A stretch of DNA of 24,000 bases from Phytoactinopolyspora limicola (GCF_011320225.1 NZ_JAAOEN010000005.1:280949-304948); one strand, 5' to 3'; counted from the stretch's first letter, positions 7,634 to 16,117 are shown. Numbers and translations: made by a program. Notes: generated by a model from the sequence alone, not told the origin.

Positions 7634-9649
7634 ATGGCAAAGAGTCGGAAAACCACGACAAGTGCGCCGATGCGCGTCGATGACGGAAGCGACCGTCTTG
7701 AGGGCGACGGCAAGCGGCAGCTAGCTCGTAGGCGTTTTCTCACTGCGGCCGGCGCATCAACGGGTGTCGCTGCGGCATTGAGTCTGGCCAATCCTTCAAC
7801 GGCCAGCGCAACAGATAGTGCAGGCGGAGAGGTTCAGCCCATCACTATCGCCGAGTTGCGGGCCATGGACAGTGAACCGGCGTTCGAGATGTACGCTGTC
7901 ACCGACCCGGGACAAGAAGGCCTGTTCGTCGTCGATGCCTCAGATACGACGTCACAAGACAACACCGGGACCATCGTGGTGTCCACGCACGGCACGCGAT
8001 TCATTCGCCAGTTCACCGGGCCAGTCAGTGTTCGTTGGTTTGGTGCCAAGGGTGACGGCTCAGTCGACGACGCTCCTGCAATCCAGAGCGCCGTGGACTA
8101 CGCGCAGGTTACCGGCGAGCCCGTGCGGAATGGTGGCGCGCTCGGTTTGTCTGTCTATTTCCCGGCCGGGCTCTACACCATTGCAGAGCCGATCATCCTC
8201 GACCCCACGAAACGACCTCTGCGAGTGTTCGGCGACGGTCGTCACAGCTGCATCCAGGGGATGGACGGCGATGACGTCATCGACGCCATCTTCTGGTTCG
8301 ATACAACCAGGAATCGGATCGCCAATGGATGGCGTTTCCATGACCTGTACCTAGTGGCGGGCATACGTCCCAGCGGTGGCACCAATGTGACGTACGGAAT
8401 CCGTGGCCACCTCACCCGGTCGGTCTTCCGGGACCTGGTGATTCAGAGCTTCTCACGAGAAGACGGAGCGGGCATCTACTTCGGATACGGGTGGTCCAAT
8501 ACCATTGAGACCTGCTCTATCCTCCACTGCCGTAGCGCGATTCGGTCCTTGGACAACAACCTTAACAGCGTCAATATCGTGAACTGCTTGCTGCGGCAGA
8601 GCCGAGGACCAGCCATCTATTTCCCGCAGAGTATGGGCGGGCTCTTGGTGCACATCCGTGGCTGCACGATCGAAGGCAACTGGGGACCCGCGATTCTCGT
8701 CGAAGGCTCGCTACGTGGCCTGGACGTGTCTGACTGCTATTTCGAAGTCAACTGCACCGAACCCCACCAGCTGAAGGACCGGGATGAGTCAGTTCACGCC
8801 GACATCGTGATCGGCACCCACTTACAAGAGGCCGGACCGATCCGGATCTCCAACAACCTGGTGAACCAGAATATCGGGCTTCCCAATGACAACGGATACT
8901 TCGTCGTCTGTCATTCGGCTAGTGGCGGATTGGAAATAGTCGACACCCGCGTGGAGAATCCACCAGCTCCCCGAACTCGACGCCTGGTTCGGCTCGGCCC
9001 GAGCGCAACGCCGTCGTACCTGGTACGCAACGTGTCAATCCGTTCTACGAGTGTGCAGCGTCCGGACGCTGACTTCGAGGTGCTTGAGATTGATCAACTC
9101 GAGGGTTTGGTGAACTCGTTCCATGAGACGTCGATCGAAGGTGTGGAGCAGGTGAACTATTGTCCGCCACCTTCCGAGTTCAGCGTTGTGCATACGCAGG
9201 GCGGCGGCACGCTAAGCGGATCGGCTCAGCGGTATCGCATGTTCCCGACGTGGGAGATTACTGCGGACGCCGGCCCGAGCGACATCTTCGGGTTCGTCCT
9301 GGACGTCGATGAACATCCGGAGTTGGCCGGAAAGTATGTGTATCTGGCCTGTTACGCCAAACCGTCGGACACTGACACCGGCGCGGTGTTGTGGACCAGT
9401 CAACTTGGCGCTCAGGTCGAGGACCCGCCAGGCGACACACAATGGCGAGTGTTGTCCTATGTCGACAAATTGCCAACCAGTGGAACAGTGGAGTTTGGTA
9501 TCGGTGCTATCAGCGGTGGGTCTAGTTCCAACCTTCAGATTGCCAAACCTGTGCTGGCTGAGGTCGGTGCGCGCTTCGACAAATTCGACAATGTTTCACT
9601 GGCATTGATGTCTGGTCTCGGTCGTGCTGCGTTTCTGAGATCCCTGTGA
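7634..9649 (+). CDS. Tat-exported right-handed parallel beta-helix protein (pectate-lyase-3 / GH28-related, polysaccharide depolymerase-like)
   Basis: The track ORF is 7577..9649; ATG 7634 is preferred, with GGAG 8 nt upstream. The twin-arginine signal is LARRRFLTAAGASTGVAAALSLANPSTASA. VSVRWFGAKGDGSVDDAPAIQSAVDYA is the hallmark N-terminal cap of pectate_lyase_3-type beta-helices. A long repetitive region rich in G, N, I and V follows, then a distinct C-terminal region of about 170 aa. Confidence 0.8.
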   Translation: MAKSRKTTTSAPMRVDDGSDRLEGDGKRQLARRRFLTAAGASTGVAAALSLANPSTASATDSAGGEVQPITIAELRAMDSEPAFEMYAVTDPGQEGLFVVDASDTTSQDNTGTIVVSTHGTRFIRQFTGPVSVRWFGAKGDGSVDDAPAIQSAVDYAQVTGEPVRNGGALGLSVYFPAGLYTIAEPIILDPTKRPLRVFGDGRHSCIQGMDGDDVIDAIFWFDTTRNRIANGWRFHDLYLVAGIRPSGGTNVTYGIRGHLTRSVFRDLVIQSFSREDGAGIYFGYGWSNTIETCSILHCRSAIRSLDNNLNSVNIVNCLLRQSRGPAIYFPQSMGGLLVHIRGCTIEGNWGPAILVEGSLRGLDVSDCYFEVNCTEPHQLKDRDESVHADIVIGTHLQEAGPIRISNNLVNQNIGLPNDNGYFVVCHSASGGLEIVDTRVENPPAPRTRRLVRLGPSATPSYLVRNVSIRSTSVQRPDADFEVLEIDQLEGLVNSFHETSIEGVEQVNYCPPPSEFSVVHTQGGGTLSGSAQRYRMFPTWEITADAGPSDIFGFVLDVDEHPELAGKYVYLACYAKPSDTDTGAVLWTSQLGAQVEDPPGDTQWRVLSYVDKLPTSGTVEFGIGAISGGSSSNLQIAKPVLAEVGARFDKFDNVSLALMSGLGRAAFLRSL

Positions 9650-9653
9650 GTAT

Positions 9654-9685
9654 GTCCCCGCGGTAATGCGGATTACCGCGGGGAC
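9654..9685 (+). terminator. Strong hairpin, candidate intrinsic terminator
   Basis: GTCCCCGCGGTAAT-gcgg-ATTACCGCGGGGAC forms a perfect 14-bp stem with a 4-nt loop, starting 5 nt after the stop at 9649. There is no U-tract, which is common in actinobacteria. Confidence 0.6.
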
Positions 9686-9696
9686 AGCTTGGCCAT

Positions 9697-10202
9697 GCGA
9701 AAATCGATACCCCACCGGCTGACTGGGAGGACGGTTCTCATGAATGAGGTGCGCTGCCCGGCACTACAACACCGCCGGCATCCACATCGGCTACCGCGCC
9801 TGGCTGAAAACCGGCACCAAACCCGCCTACCCCTTCGGCTACGGCCTGGGCTACACCACCTGGGAGGTGACGGACCTGAAGGTGCCGCAGACGGCTAGCG
9901 TTGGGCAGGACTTGGAAGTGGCCATCACGGTACGCAGTACCGGGCACCGGGACGGCAAGTACGTCGCTCAGCTCTATTTGTCCCGTGAGGACACCACGAT
10001 CGACCGCCCACGAAGATGGTTGGCCGGACACGCCGTCATACGAGCAGATGCCGGGACCGAGGAGTCGGCCACGATCGCGGTACCCGCGCGGACGTTCGCG
10101 CACTGGAACAACGGCTGGCACACCGAACCCGGCACCTACACCATCCACCTCGGCACCCACATCAACCACCTACCCCACCAAACCCACATCCACCTCCGAT
10201 AG
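9697..10202 (+). pseudogene. Glycoside hydrolase family 3 (beta-glucosidase-type) C-terminal remnant
   Basis: Track ORF 9744..10202 reads ...GIHIGYRAWLKTGTKPAYPFGYGLGYTTWEV...KYVAQLYLSRED...RPRRWLAGHAVIRADAGTEESATIAVPARTFAHWNNGWHTEPGTYTIHLG. This is the GH3 segment around the fibronectin-III-like C-terminal domain. The catalytic N-terminal portion, several hundred aa, is absent. A further shifted piece (AKIDTPPADWEDG, 9697-9744) suggests a frameshift. The 5' boundary is uncertain. Confidence 0.8.
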
Positions 10203-10209
10203 CGGTGCC

Positions 10210-11094
10210 GTGTTCAGCTTTCAGCAGTTGCGCGGGTTCGTTGCGGTCGCCGAAGAGTTGCACTTCGGTCGGGCCGCTGATCGTTTGCAGATGACGCAAC
10301 CACCGCTTAGCCGGACGATCCAGAAACTCGAGCGTGTGGTTGGGGTGCGCTTGCTCGACCGCGACAACCGCAAGGTTGTGCTCACACCGGCCGGTATCGC
10401 GTTCCTGACGGAGGCCCGTCGTCTACTCACGCTGGCGGAGTCCGCTCCCAACCTCGCGCGCCGGATCGCGGACGGTGCTGCGGGCATCATCCGGATCGGG
10501 TTTACGGCTACGTCAGCTTTAGGGCCTCTCACCACGGTTCTGAATGTGATCGAACAGGCGCTGCCGGACGTGGGTATCGACCTTTTCGAACTCGTGACCC
10601 GCCAGCAGATTGATGCACTCGCCGCCGGTGAGATCGAGCTCGGTCTCGCGAGGCCGCCGTTCGACGAGAGGGTCTTCGCTTCTCGGCCCCTTGCCCGTGA
10701 GAGGCTCTTGCTTGCGGTACCGAGCGGGCACCGGCTCGCTTACCTCGGGCGCCGGGTTCTCGCCTCCGACATCGCCAACGAACCGCTCATCATGCCGTCT
10801 TCCACGGAAGCGCACTATTTTTACGATCTCGTGGTGCGGTTGGTGCCCATCTCGCACCAGAATGTCATCCACTCAGTAAGCCAGGCCTTGACGATGGTCT
10901 GGCTCGTTGCCGGTGGACGTGGAGTGGCTTTCGTTCCGGCGTCGGTGACTCAGCTAGGCATAGATGGAGTTGAGTACCTTGAGTTGGGCGGCTTGCCGGA
11001 CGACTCTGTCGAACTATGTCTGCTGTGGCTGCGCGAATCGCGTAACGCAGTGCTTGCGTCGGTTCTTGATTTGCTTCACGACGTTGTCATCTAG
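10210..11094 (+). CDS. LysR family transcriptional regulator
   Basis: From GTG 10210 the protein reads (M)FSFQQLRGFVAVAEELHFGRAADRLQMTQPPLSRTIQKLERVVGVRLLDRDNRKVVLTPAG, the LysR HTH. A LysR substrate-binding domain follows. The track ORF start at 9901 is a spurious extension through the GH3 remnant in another frame. Confidence 0.85.
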   Translation: MFSFQQLRGFVAVAEELHFGRAADRLQMTQPPLSRTIQKLERVVGVRLLDRDNRKVVLTPAGIAFLTEARRLLTLAESAPNLARRIADGAAGIIRIGFTATSALGPLTTVLNVIEQALPDVGIDLFELVTRQQIDALAAGEIELGLARPPFDERVFASRPLARERLLLAVPSGHRLAYLGRRVLASDIANEPLIMPSSTEAHYFYDLVVRLVPISHQNVIHSVSQALTMVWLVAGGRGVAFVPASVTQLGIDGVEYLELGGLPDDSVELCLLWLRESRNAVLASVLDLLHDVVI

Positions 11095-11129
11095 GGTCTC
11101 GTGTTGCCCATCGCATTGGGAGCTGCGCA

Positions 11130-11641
11130 TAAGGGTGAACCTGCGAATTTCGGGTCTCTACGGTTCGCCGGCCCCGGTGCTGTCCGTTGGCAGGTCGGCC
11201 CGTTCCTGACCTGGGCGCGCCAGCGCCGGCACCTACCCAGGTCGATTGTCCTGCTTGTCGGTTAGAGGGGCACGCCTGAGGCGCCCACCGACGCCGAAGA
11301 ACGTTGGCGGATCGACCAGCGCTTGGTCCGCGACGACAACCTCGATCCCGTCGACCGCATCGCCAGCACCTTGATCTTGCTCTACGCCCAGCCGCTGGTG
11401 CGCATCATCGCTCTGACCACCGACGACGTGATCGTCACCGACGCAGGCACGAGGCTGAAGGTCGGAGCCGACGCCCTCGAACTGCCCGAGACGTTCGCCA
11501 TGATCGTCCGGCAGCTGCTCCACCGCCGACGCGCCAGCCATGCTCGCCGGGGTTCTCGGACTCAGAATCGCGGGCATCAACCGCCACACCACCACCGCGA
11601 AAGGCCAGTGCGCGAACTACGCCGCCGACCGTCAGCACTGA
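11130..11641 (+). pseudogene. Tyrosine-recombinase/integrase-associated family remnant
   Basis: One frame reads ...PFLTWARQRRHLPRSIVLLVG*RGTPEAPTDAEERWRIDQRLVRDDNLDPVDRIASTLILLYAQPLVRIIALTTDDVIVTDAGTRLKVGADALELPETFAMIVRQLL, with an in-frame TAG at 11263-11265. The reading then shifts frame to MLAGVLGLRIAGINRHTTTAKGQCANYAADRQH*, which ends at 11641. From memory this resembles actinobacterial integrase-cluster proteins; the family assignment is not verified. Confidence 0.45.
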
Positions 11642-11690
11642 GCCGAGAGTAGAGCATTTCACGGACTTCGAATACGCCCGTCCTGCCAGC

Positions 11691-11846
11691 TGACCGCGTC
11701 CGGAACCGCGCTGCGAACTCCACCGTCCGCTGCCAGTCCTCGCCCGATACCAACCCGTCCACCGCGGCGGCCAGGCGCTCGTGCAGCGCTTCCAGCTTCG
11801 CGTCACGCTCGGCGTGGCGCGCCCCGGAGTTGGACTGTCTGGCCAT
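11691..11846 (-). pseudogene. ArdC-like (DUF1738-type ssDNA-binding, plasmid antirestriction) N-terminal stump
   Basis: The fragment reads MARQSNSGARHAERDAKLEALHERLAAAVDGLVSGEDWQRTVEFAARFRTRS. This matches the remembered N-terminal pattern of actinobacterial ArdC-like proteins up to FAARFRxRS. The rest of track ORF 11577..11894 is unrelated sequence, so the gene is truncated. Confidence 0.4.
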
Positions 11847-11960
11847 CAGATTCGGACCCTTCATCGTGTCGGCCATCGGTGACGACCTGCTCACAACCAG
11901 TTACGCCAGAATGACCAGCCAGATGGGTGCCTGAGCAAGACGTCAAAGGCTGATGCGACG

Positions 11961-12560
11961 ATGGGTGACCGGTGGTCCTGTAGTGAGGCTGCATCATCTC
12001 GCGGCCGGGGAGTTGATCTCGAAGACCGCAACCTTGTCGCTTGCTGCGGCAAACTCGGCTGGATCGCCGCTGGCCACGAGTCCAATACGGACGAAGAACT
12101 GGACTCCGTGGGGGACCTCCTGACCGAGGCGTTCCTCTGGTCGGCGCAGCGCCGGGTGACCAAGACCGCGACCGTGTCATTGCACAACAACGTCTACGAG
12201 GTCGACGCCACATTGGTCGGGCATAAGGTCGAGTTGGTGTTCGATCCGTTCGATCTGACCCGCATCGAGGCCCGATACGACGGGCGAAGCTACGGACCCG
12301 CGGTGCGGCACACCGTTGGCCGTCACGCTCACCCCAAGGCCCGCCCGGAGACGCCAGCCACGCCAACGCCGGAGCCCACAGGCATCAACTACGCCGAGCT
12401 CACCGCCGAGATCCACCACCGCCAAATCGCAGAGGCAGAGCGGATCAACTACACCGACCTCGTCAACGCCGGTCCCGCCGCCCAACTGCCGGGACAGCTG
12501 AGCATCCACGACGCCCTCCACGACCAGGGCTCCGAGGGCTCCGAGGGGAGCATGCGGTGA
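11961..12560 (+). pseudogene. Mu-type (rve family) DDE transposase, C-terminal fragment only
   Basis: ...EAFLWSAQRRVTKTATVSLHNNVYEVDATLVGHKVELVFDPFDLTRIEARYDGRSYGPAV... is the pattern of the Mu-transposase C-terminal domain. No DDE catalytic core lies upstream. The stop overlaps the start of the next gene (GTGA at 12557-12560), as in transposase-ATPase operons. Confidence 0.6.
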
Positions 12561-13371
12561 GTGTTGAGCGGTTGCAGGCGCACTACGGGTTCACTCGGAT
12601 GCCGTTCGGGCGGAACCTGGCACCCGGGATGCTGCACAGCTATCCCGGCCACACCGAGGCCGTCGTGCGGACTGCTGGTGCGTCGAACAACACGCCATCG
12701 GAGTCATCACCGGAGAAGTCGGCGCCGGCAAGACCGTCGCGATCCGCGCGGCCACCACGTCCCTGGATACCTCGAGGCATCTGGCGACCTACCTGCCCAA
12801 CCCCTCGGTCGGGGTGCGGGGCATGCTGCACCACATCGTCTCGTCGTTGGGACGCACACCCAGCTTCTACACCGCCACCCTGGCGCCACAGGCCGCCGAG
12901 GCACTCGCCGCCGAACACGCCGAGAGGGGCCGCACCCCGATCGTGATCATCGACGAGGCGCACCTGCTCGACACCGCCCAACTCGAAGCAGTCCGGATGC
13001 TCACCAACCACGACATGGACTCCGGGTCACCGTTCGCGACCCTGCTCGTCGGGCAGCCCACCCTGCGCCAACGCCTCAAACTCGGCGTGCTCGCCGCGCT
13101 CGACCAGCGGATCGGGATGCGCTGCACCCTGGCCGGGATGCCACGCGAGGACACCGGCAACTACATCACCCACCACCTGCGCCTGGCCGGACGGGACGAC
13201 ACCCTGTTCTCCGACGACGCGATCACCGTCATCCATAACGCCTCGCGCGGCTACCCACGAGCGGTGAACAACCTCGCCGTCCTCGCCCTCACCGCGGCGT
13301 TCGCCCGCAAACAAGCCCTCGTCGACGAGAAAGCCGCCCGCGCCGCCGTCACCGAGAACACCGGAGAATGA
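12557..13371 (+). pseudogene. ExeA/TniB-like AAA+ ATPase (transposition helper), disrupted by one frameshift
   Basis: The N-terminus (GTG 12557) reads MSVERLQAHYGFTRMPFGRNLAPGMLHSYPGHTEAVVR. The family sequence continues one frame over from about 12670: CWCVEQHAIGVITGEVGAGKTVAIRAATTSLDTSRH (Walker A) ...PIVIIDEAHLL (Walker B) ... to the stop at 13371. This is consistent with a single missing base near 12670. Confidence 0.75.
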
Positions 13372-13409
13372 CCACGCCGTCCCGAATCTGACCATCCCGG
13401 CACGACCCT

Positions 13410-13450
13410 GATCAAGGCCCCACCCCGAACCCCGGAGTGGGGCCTTGATC
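13410..13450. terminator. Hairpin between convergent genes, candidate bidirectional terminator
   Basis: GATCAAGGCCCCAC-13 nt-GTGGGGCCTTGATC has perfect 14-bp arms. It lies between the ATPase stop (13371) and the TetR stop (13495). Confidence 0.45.
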
Positions 13451-13494
13451 GTCACCCCACTTCAGAACCCACGCTGACGCCGTCATCAGAAACC

Positions 13495-14127
13495 TCAGTG
13501 CCGCTCAACACATTCCTCGTTGTGCTCGGCGTTCTGAGCTTGAGTGCTCTGCTTGCCCTTGAGTGCCGGTCGGTCCGGCGCCGGGCCGTGCTCGTGCGCT
13601 GTTGAGGCAGCAAGTTCACGAATGCGAGCTAGGACGGCGTGCCGTTCTTCGGCGGTCAGGTCGGTGCTGGCGGTGGTGTTGTTGAGCCAGAGCCCGTCGG
13701 CGGCCAGCAGTGCGAGACGCTGGTCGGTCGACAGTGGCTGGTCCGGGTCGTGGGTCCATCGGCGTACGAGGGCGCGCCAGCGGCGCTGGCTTTCTGGGTA
13801 GCGCATTGCGTCGATGAGCACTGCCAGTTCCGCCGCTGGTGGCGGGACCGTGGCGGCGGTGGTGATGAAGGCGACCACGCGTTCAGTCACGGTGGCATCC
13901 TCGGGGTCGGTGCCGAGCACCTCGGTGACCTGCTCCTCCCAGGCATCAGCGATGTGATCGAGGACCGCGGTGATGAGGTCATCACGATGGCGGAAGTGAT
14001 ACAGAACCCCGGCTTTGGTCACCCCGGCTTCCGTGGCGACAGCGTCGATGGTCAAGCCACGAATCCCAACGTCACCTGCTAGCCTCAGGGCCGCCTGTAG
14101 GAGCTTGGTGCGTTTGCTCGGTCTCAT
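13495..14127 (-). CDS. TetR/AcrR family transcriptional regulator
   Basis: 210 aa. The N-terminal HTH reads KLLQAALRLAGDVGIRGLTIDAVATEAGVTKAGVLYHFRHRDDL. The gene starts 13 nt downstream of the SMR gene stop, in the same operon. Confidence 0.85.
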   Translation of the reverse strand: MRPSKRTKLLQAALRLAGDVGIRGLTIDAVATEAGVTKAGVLYHFRHRDDLITAVLDHIADAWEEQVTEVLGTDPEDATVTERVVAFITTAATVPPPAAELAVLIDAMRYPESQRRWRALVRRWTHDPDQPLSTDQRLALLAADGLWLNNTTASTDLTAEERHAVLARIRELAASTAHEHGPAPDRPALKGKQSTQAQNAEHNEECVERH

Positions 14128-14139
14128 GACCCCACCATC

Positions 14140-14463
14140 TCAATGTGTCCCGCCGGCGAACTCGATGATCAACACGCCACCGATAATCAGAGCGATACCG
14201 GCACCCATCATCCAGGTCAGAGCATCGTTGAAGATGAACTTGGCCAGGATCGCCACTGCCGCGATGCCGCAGGCGGCCCAGATCCCGTAGGCCACTCCGA
14301 CCGGCATGCCCTCGCGCAACGTCAGGGCCAAGAGCACGAAGGCGCTGAGATAACCCAGGACCACCGTGATCAGCCACAGCCAACTGTCCTGCGAGGCCCG
14401 CAGCGACAACGTGGCGATCACCTCCATCACGATCGCCGATCCCAGCAATGCCCACCTCTTCAT
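14140..14463 (-). CDS. SMR (small multidrug resistance, EmrE/Mmr-like) efflux protein
   Basis: From ATG 14463 (GAGGAG 8 nt upstream) the protein is 107 aa with four hydrophobic helices. It begins MKRWALLGSAIVMEVIATLSL, which places the conserved membrane Glu at position 14 as in EmrE. The track start at 14493 would add 10 aa and sits only 0-3 nt from an AAGGAGG. Confidence 0.85.
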   Translation of the reverse strand: MKRWALLGSAIVMEVIATLSLRASQDSWLWLITVVLGYLSAFVLLALTLREGMPVGVAYGIWAACGIAAVAILAKFIFNDALTWMMGAGIALIIGGVLIIEFAGGTH

Positions 14464-14501
14464 GCCGCACGCTCCTCGATCTCTCGGCATCAACCTCCTT
14501 A

Positions 14502-14526
14502 GTAACTATACCATCCGGTCAGTTAC
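14502..14526. promoter_or_regulatory. Inverted repeat GTAACT-N13-AGTTAC upstream of the SMR-TetR operon, candidate TetR operator
   Basis: The arms at 14502-14507 and 14521-14526 are exact reverse complements, 40-60 nt upstream of the SMR start. The arms are short, so this call is weak. Confidence 0.3.
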
Positions 14527-14794
14527 GCGATGCCGTCCAGGCCAGTCACCTCCTTGTCTCGTGTGTGCCCGGTTCGGATGGGACGGTCGGCACTCGCCCG
14601 CGCCATCCCGGAGCGCGGTGGCGATCGCCTCGGGGCTGGCGGGTATCGTCCTCGGCCCCGCCTTCGTGCCGGGTGGCCTCAGTCCGTGTTCGTTGCCACG
14701 TTGGTGCTCGAACTCGTTGTCGTTCCCCTGGTCTTCTGGTGGCACGTTCGCGTCGTCGGTGCTTCCGGCGTGCGTTCAGTTAGACGTCCCCGGC

Positions 14795-15250
14795 TCACCG
14801 CTCAGCCGTGAGCTGGGCGAGCAGGTGCCGCAGTTGCGCGGCATCACTCGTGGAGAGGGTGGAATGTAGTAGCTCGTCCTCGACTGCTCGAATAGCCCGC
14901 TTGGCCTTCGTGTACACGGAGTGCCCGCTGCTGGTCAGGCGAACGGTCCGCTGACGTTGGTCGTTCCCGCGGGCGCGGACGATGAGTCCGCGGGCGGCTA
15001 GGTCGTCGAGGTGCCGGCCGAGGCGGGTGGGGTCGCGGTTCGTCCGGCGCGACAACTCGACCTGGGGGATGGCCTCCGTCGACGCCAACTTTGTGACGAT
15101 CGCGTACTCCCACATCGATAACCCGGCCTCACGCAGAATCGGTTCCTCCAGTGCCACCAGCTTCGGGAACAGGCGAGCCAGCAGCGCGGCCAGGTCCGGC
15201 TCCTCTGCTGACCGGTCTTTTTCGTCGGACACAGACACCGTCGCTCTCAA
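14795..15250 (-). CDS. MarR family transcriptional regulator
   Basis: 151 aa. The winged HTH reads LSMWEYAIVTKLASTEAIPQVELSRRTNRDPTRLGRHLDDLAARGLIVRARGNDQRQRTVRLTSSG. The start is uncertain: TTG 15250, or GTG 15238 or 15232. Confidence 0.85.
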   Translation of the reverse strand: MRATVSVSDEKDRSAEEPDLAALLARLFPKLVALEEPILREAGLSMWEYAIVTKLASTEAIPQVELSRRTNRDPTRLGRHLDDLAARGLIVRARGNDQRQRTVRLTSSGHSVYTKAKRAIRAVEDELLHSTLSTSDAAQLRHLLAQLTAER

Positions 15251-15254
15251 ATCA

Positions 15255-15268
15255 TCTACCGTGGTAGA
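15255..15268. promoter_or_regulatory. Palindrome TCTACC-GT-GGTAGA in the MarR/DinB-like divergent intergenic region, candidate MarR operator
   Basis: The 6-bp arms are exact reverse complements around a 2-nt centre, directly upstream of the MarR start and 116 nt upstream of the divergent gene. Confidence 0.35.
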
Positions 15269-15383
15269 GTATTTTCATCGTGCACCGCGTTCAGTCGCCG
15301 TCCACGAATGACCGTCATCTGAAGACTTCACCGGGACTCGGTCGCGATGCCGAGACCGCTGACGTAGGAAGCGAGGGTGCGCC

Positions 15384-16052
15384 GTGGACGTATCCATTCT
15401 GCACACCCTGACGGAGGATCTCGCGGCGTTCCTGTCCGAGGTGACTCAGGGCGATCTCCGGCGACCAGTGCCGAGCACAACCGGCGACGTGGGTGATCTA
15501 TACCTGCACGTCATCGACCAGAACGTCAGTGTGGCGACCGCCATCACGGGCCAAGCAATCCTGCGCGGCACGCGGCACCACCCGATGGACAGGGCGTCTC
15601 TCGGCGCTTCCGTGGACTACTACGGGGACTGCGGGCTCGAAGCAGGATATCGGCAGACGGCACACCTCATGGAGAACTCGTTCGCCTCTACTGCCGACAG
15701 CGGCCTGCTCTACCAACCAAAGGGTTTCCCCGACGCCGTCGAGTTGACAACCCTCTACGAGGTGCAGATCAGCAACGCCATCATCCACACCTGGGACGTC
15801 GCCCAGGCCCTGGGCTTGCCCTATCGACCCGACCCTCACATCAGTCAGAGGGTTCTGCGCGCCGTCGTCCCGTGGCTGGCCGAGCCACTGCCGGGGACGT
15901 TGCCAGGCAATGCCGCGTCGTCGACGGCAGTAACCGATGACGCGGACATCTTCGAGTCCATTCTCAAGCTGTCGGGCAGAAATGCCGGCGTAGCGATCAA
16001 GGCTGATAGTCGCCAGAGGGAGTCCCATCACGCCGCCCTGTCGCCGAGGTGA
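15384..16052 (+). CDS. DinB-like / mycothiol-dependent maleylpyruvate-isomerase N-terminal domain family protein (TIGR03086-like)
   Basis: 222 aa with a GTG start and GAGGG 7 nt upstream. The segments ...DLRRPVPSTTGDVGDLYLHVIDQN... and ...IIHTWDVAQALGLPY... fit the remembered PTPCxxWxVxDLxxH and HxWDLAxAxG patterns of this actinobacterial family. The fit is imperfect because the Cys is replaced. Confidence 0.6.
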   Translation: MDVSILHTLTEDLAAFLSEVTQGDLRRPVPSTTGDVGDLYLHVIDQNVSVATAITGQAILRGTRHHPMDRASLGASVDYYGDCGLEAGYRQTAHLMENSFASTADSGLLYQPKGFPDAVELTTLYEVQISNAIIHTWDVAQALGLPYRPDPHISQRVLRAVVPWLAEPLPGTLPGNAASSTAVTDDADIFESILKLSGRNAGVAIKADSRQRESHHAALSPR

Positions 16053-16117
16053 CTGGTCTGCCGTTCAGTTCCGGACCTGCGTGGAATGTCGACCGCCTGT
16101 TGGATGCCGCGCTTCGG

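Larger units (their letters stand above)
11130..13371. mobile_element. Graveyard of mobile/plasmid-derived gene fragments; no intact transposase or integrase
   Basis: The span contains an integrase-like remnant, an ArdC-like stump, a Mu-type transposase C-terminal stump and a frameshifted ExeA/TniB-like ATPase, each listed separately. I found no terminal inverted repeats. Confidence 0.6.

Noticed and set aside
9901-10209. N-terminal 100-aa extension of the LysR ORF (track 9901..11094)
   Set aside because: The Pro/Thr/Ser/Arg-rich extension overlaps the GH3 remnant in another frame. The LysR HTH begins immediately after GTG 10210.
12660-12675. Programmed ribosomal frameshift in the ExeA/TniB-like ATPase
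   Set aside because: No slippery heptamer or homopolymer occurs at the switch (gccgtcgtgcggactgctgg), and this family is not known to use recoding. A mutation or sequencing indel is more likely.
14493-14555. Two ACCTCCTT motifs on the plus strand (14493-14500 and 14548-14555) resembling the 16S rRNA 3' anti-SD tail
   Set aside because: There is no rRNA context. They are simply the complements of AAGGAGGT strings on the minus strand. One sits upstream of the SMR gene and the other inside an open frame (CAA GGA GGT).
14506-14745. 79-aa minus-strand ORF ending just upstream of the RBS of the SMR gene, and plus-strand ORFs in the 14464-14795 spacer
   Set aside because: The product is highly charged and low-complexity, with a GTG start that lacks an RBS and no recognisable family. 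The competing plus-strand frames have similar composition, so there is no basis to choose one. It is left unannotated.
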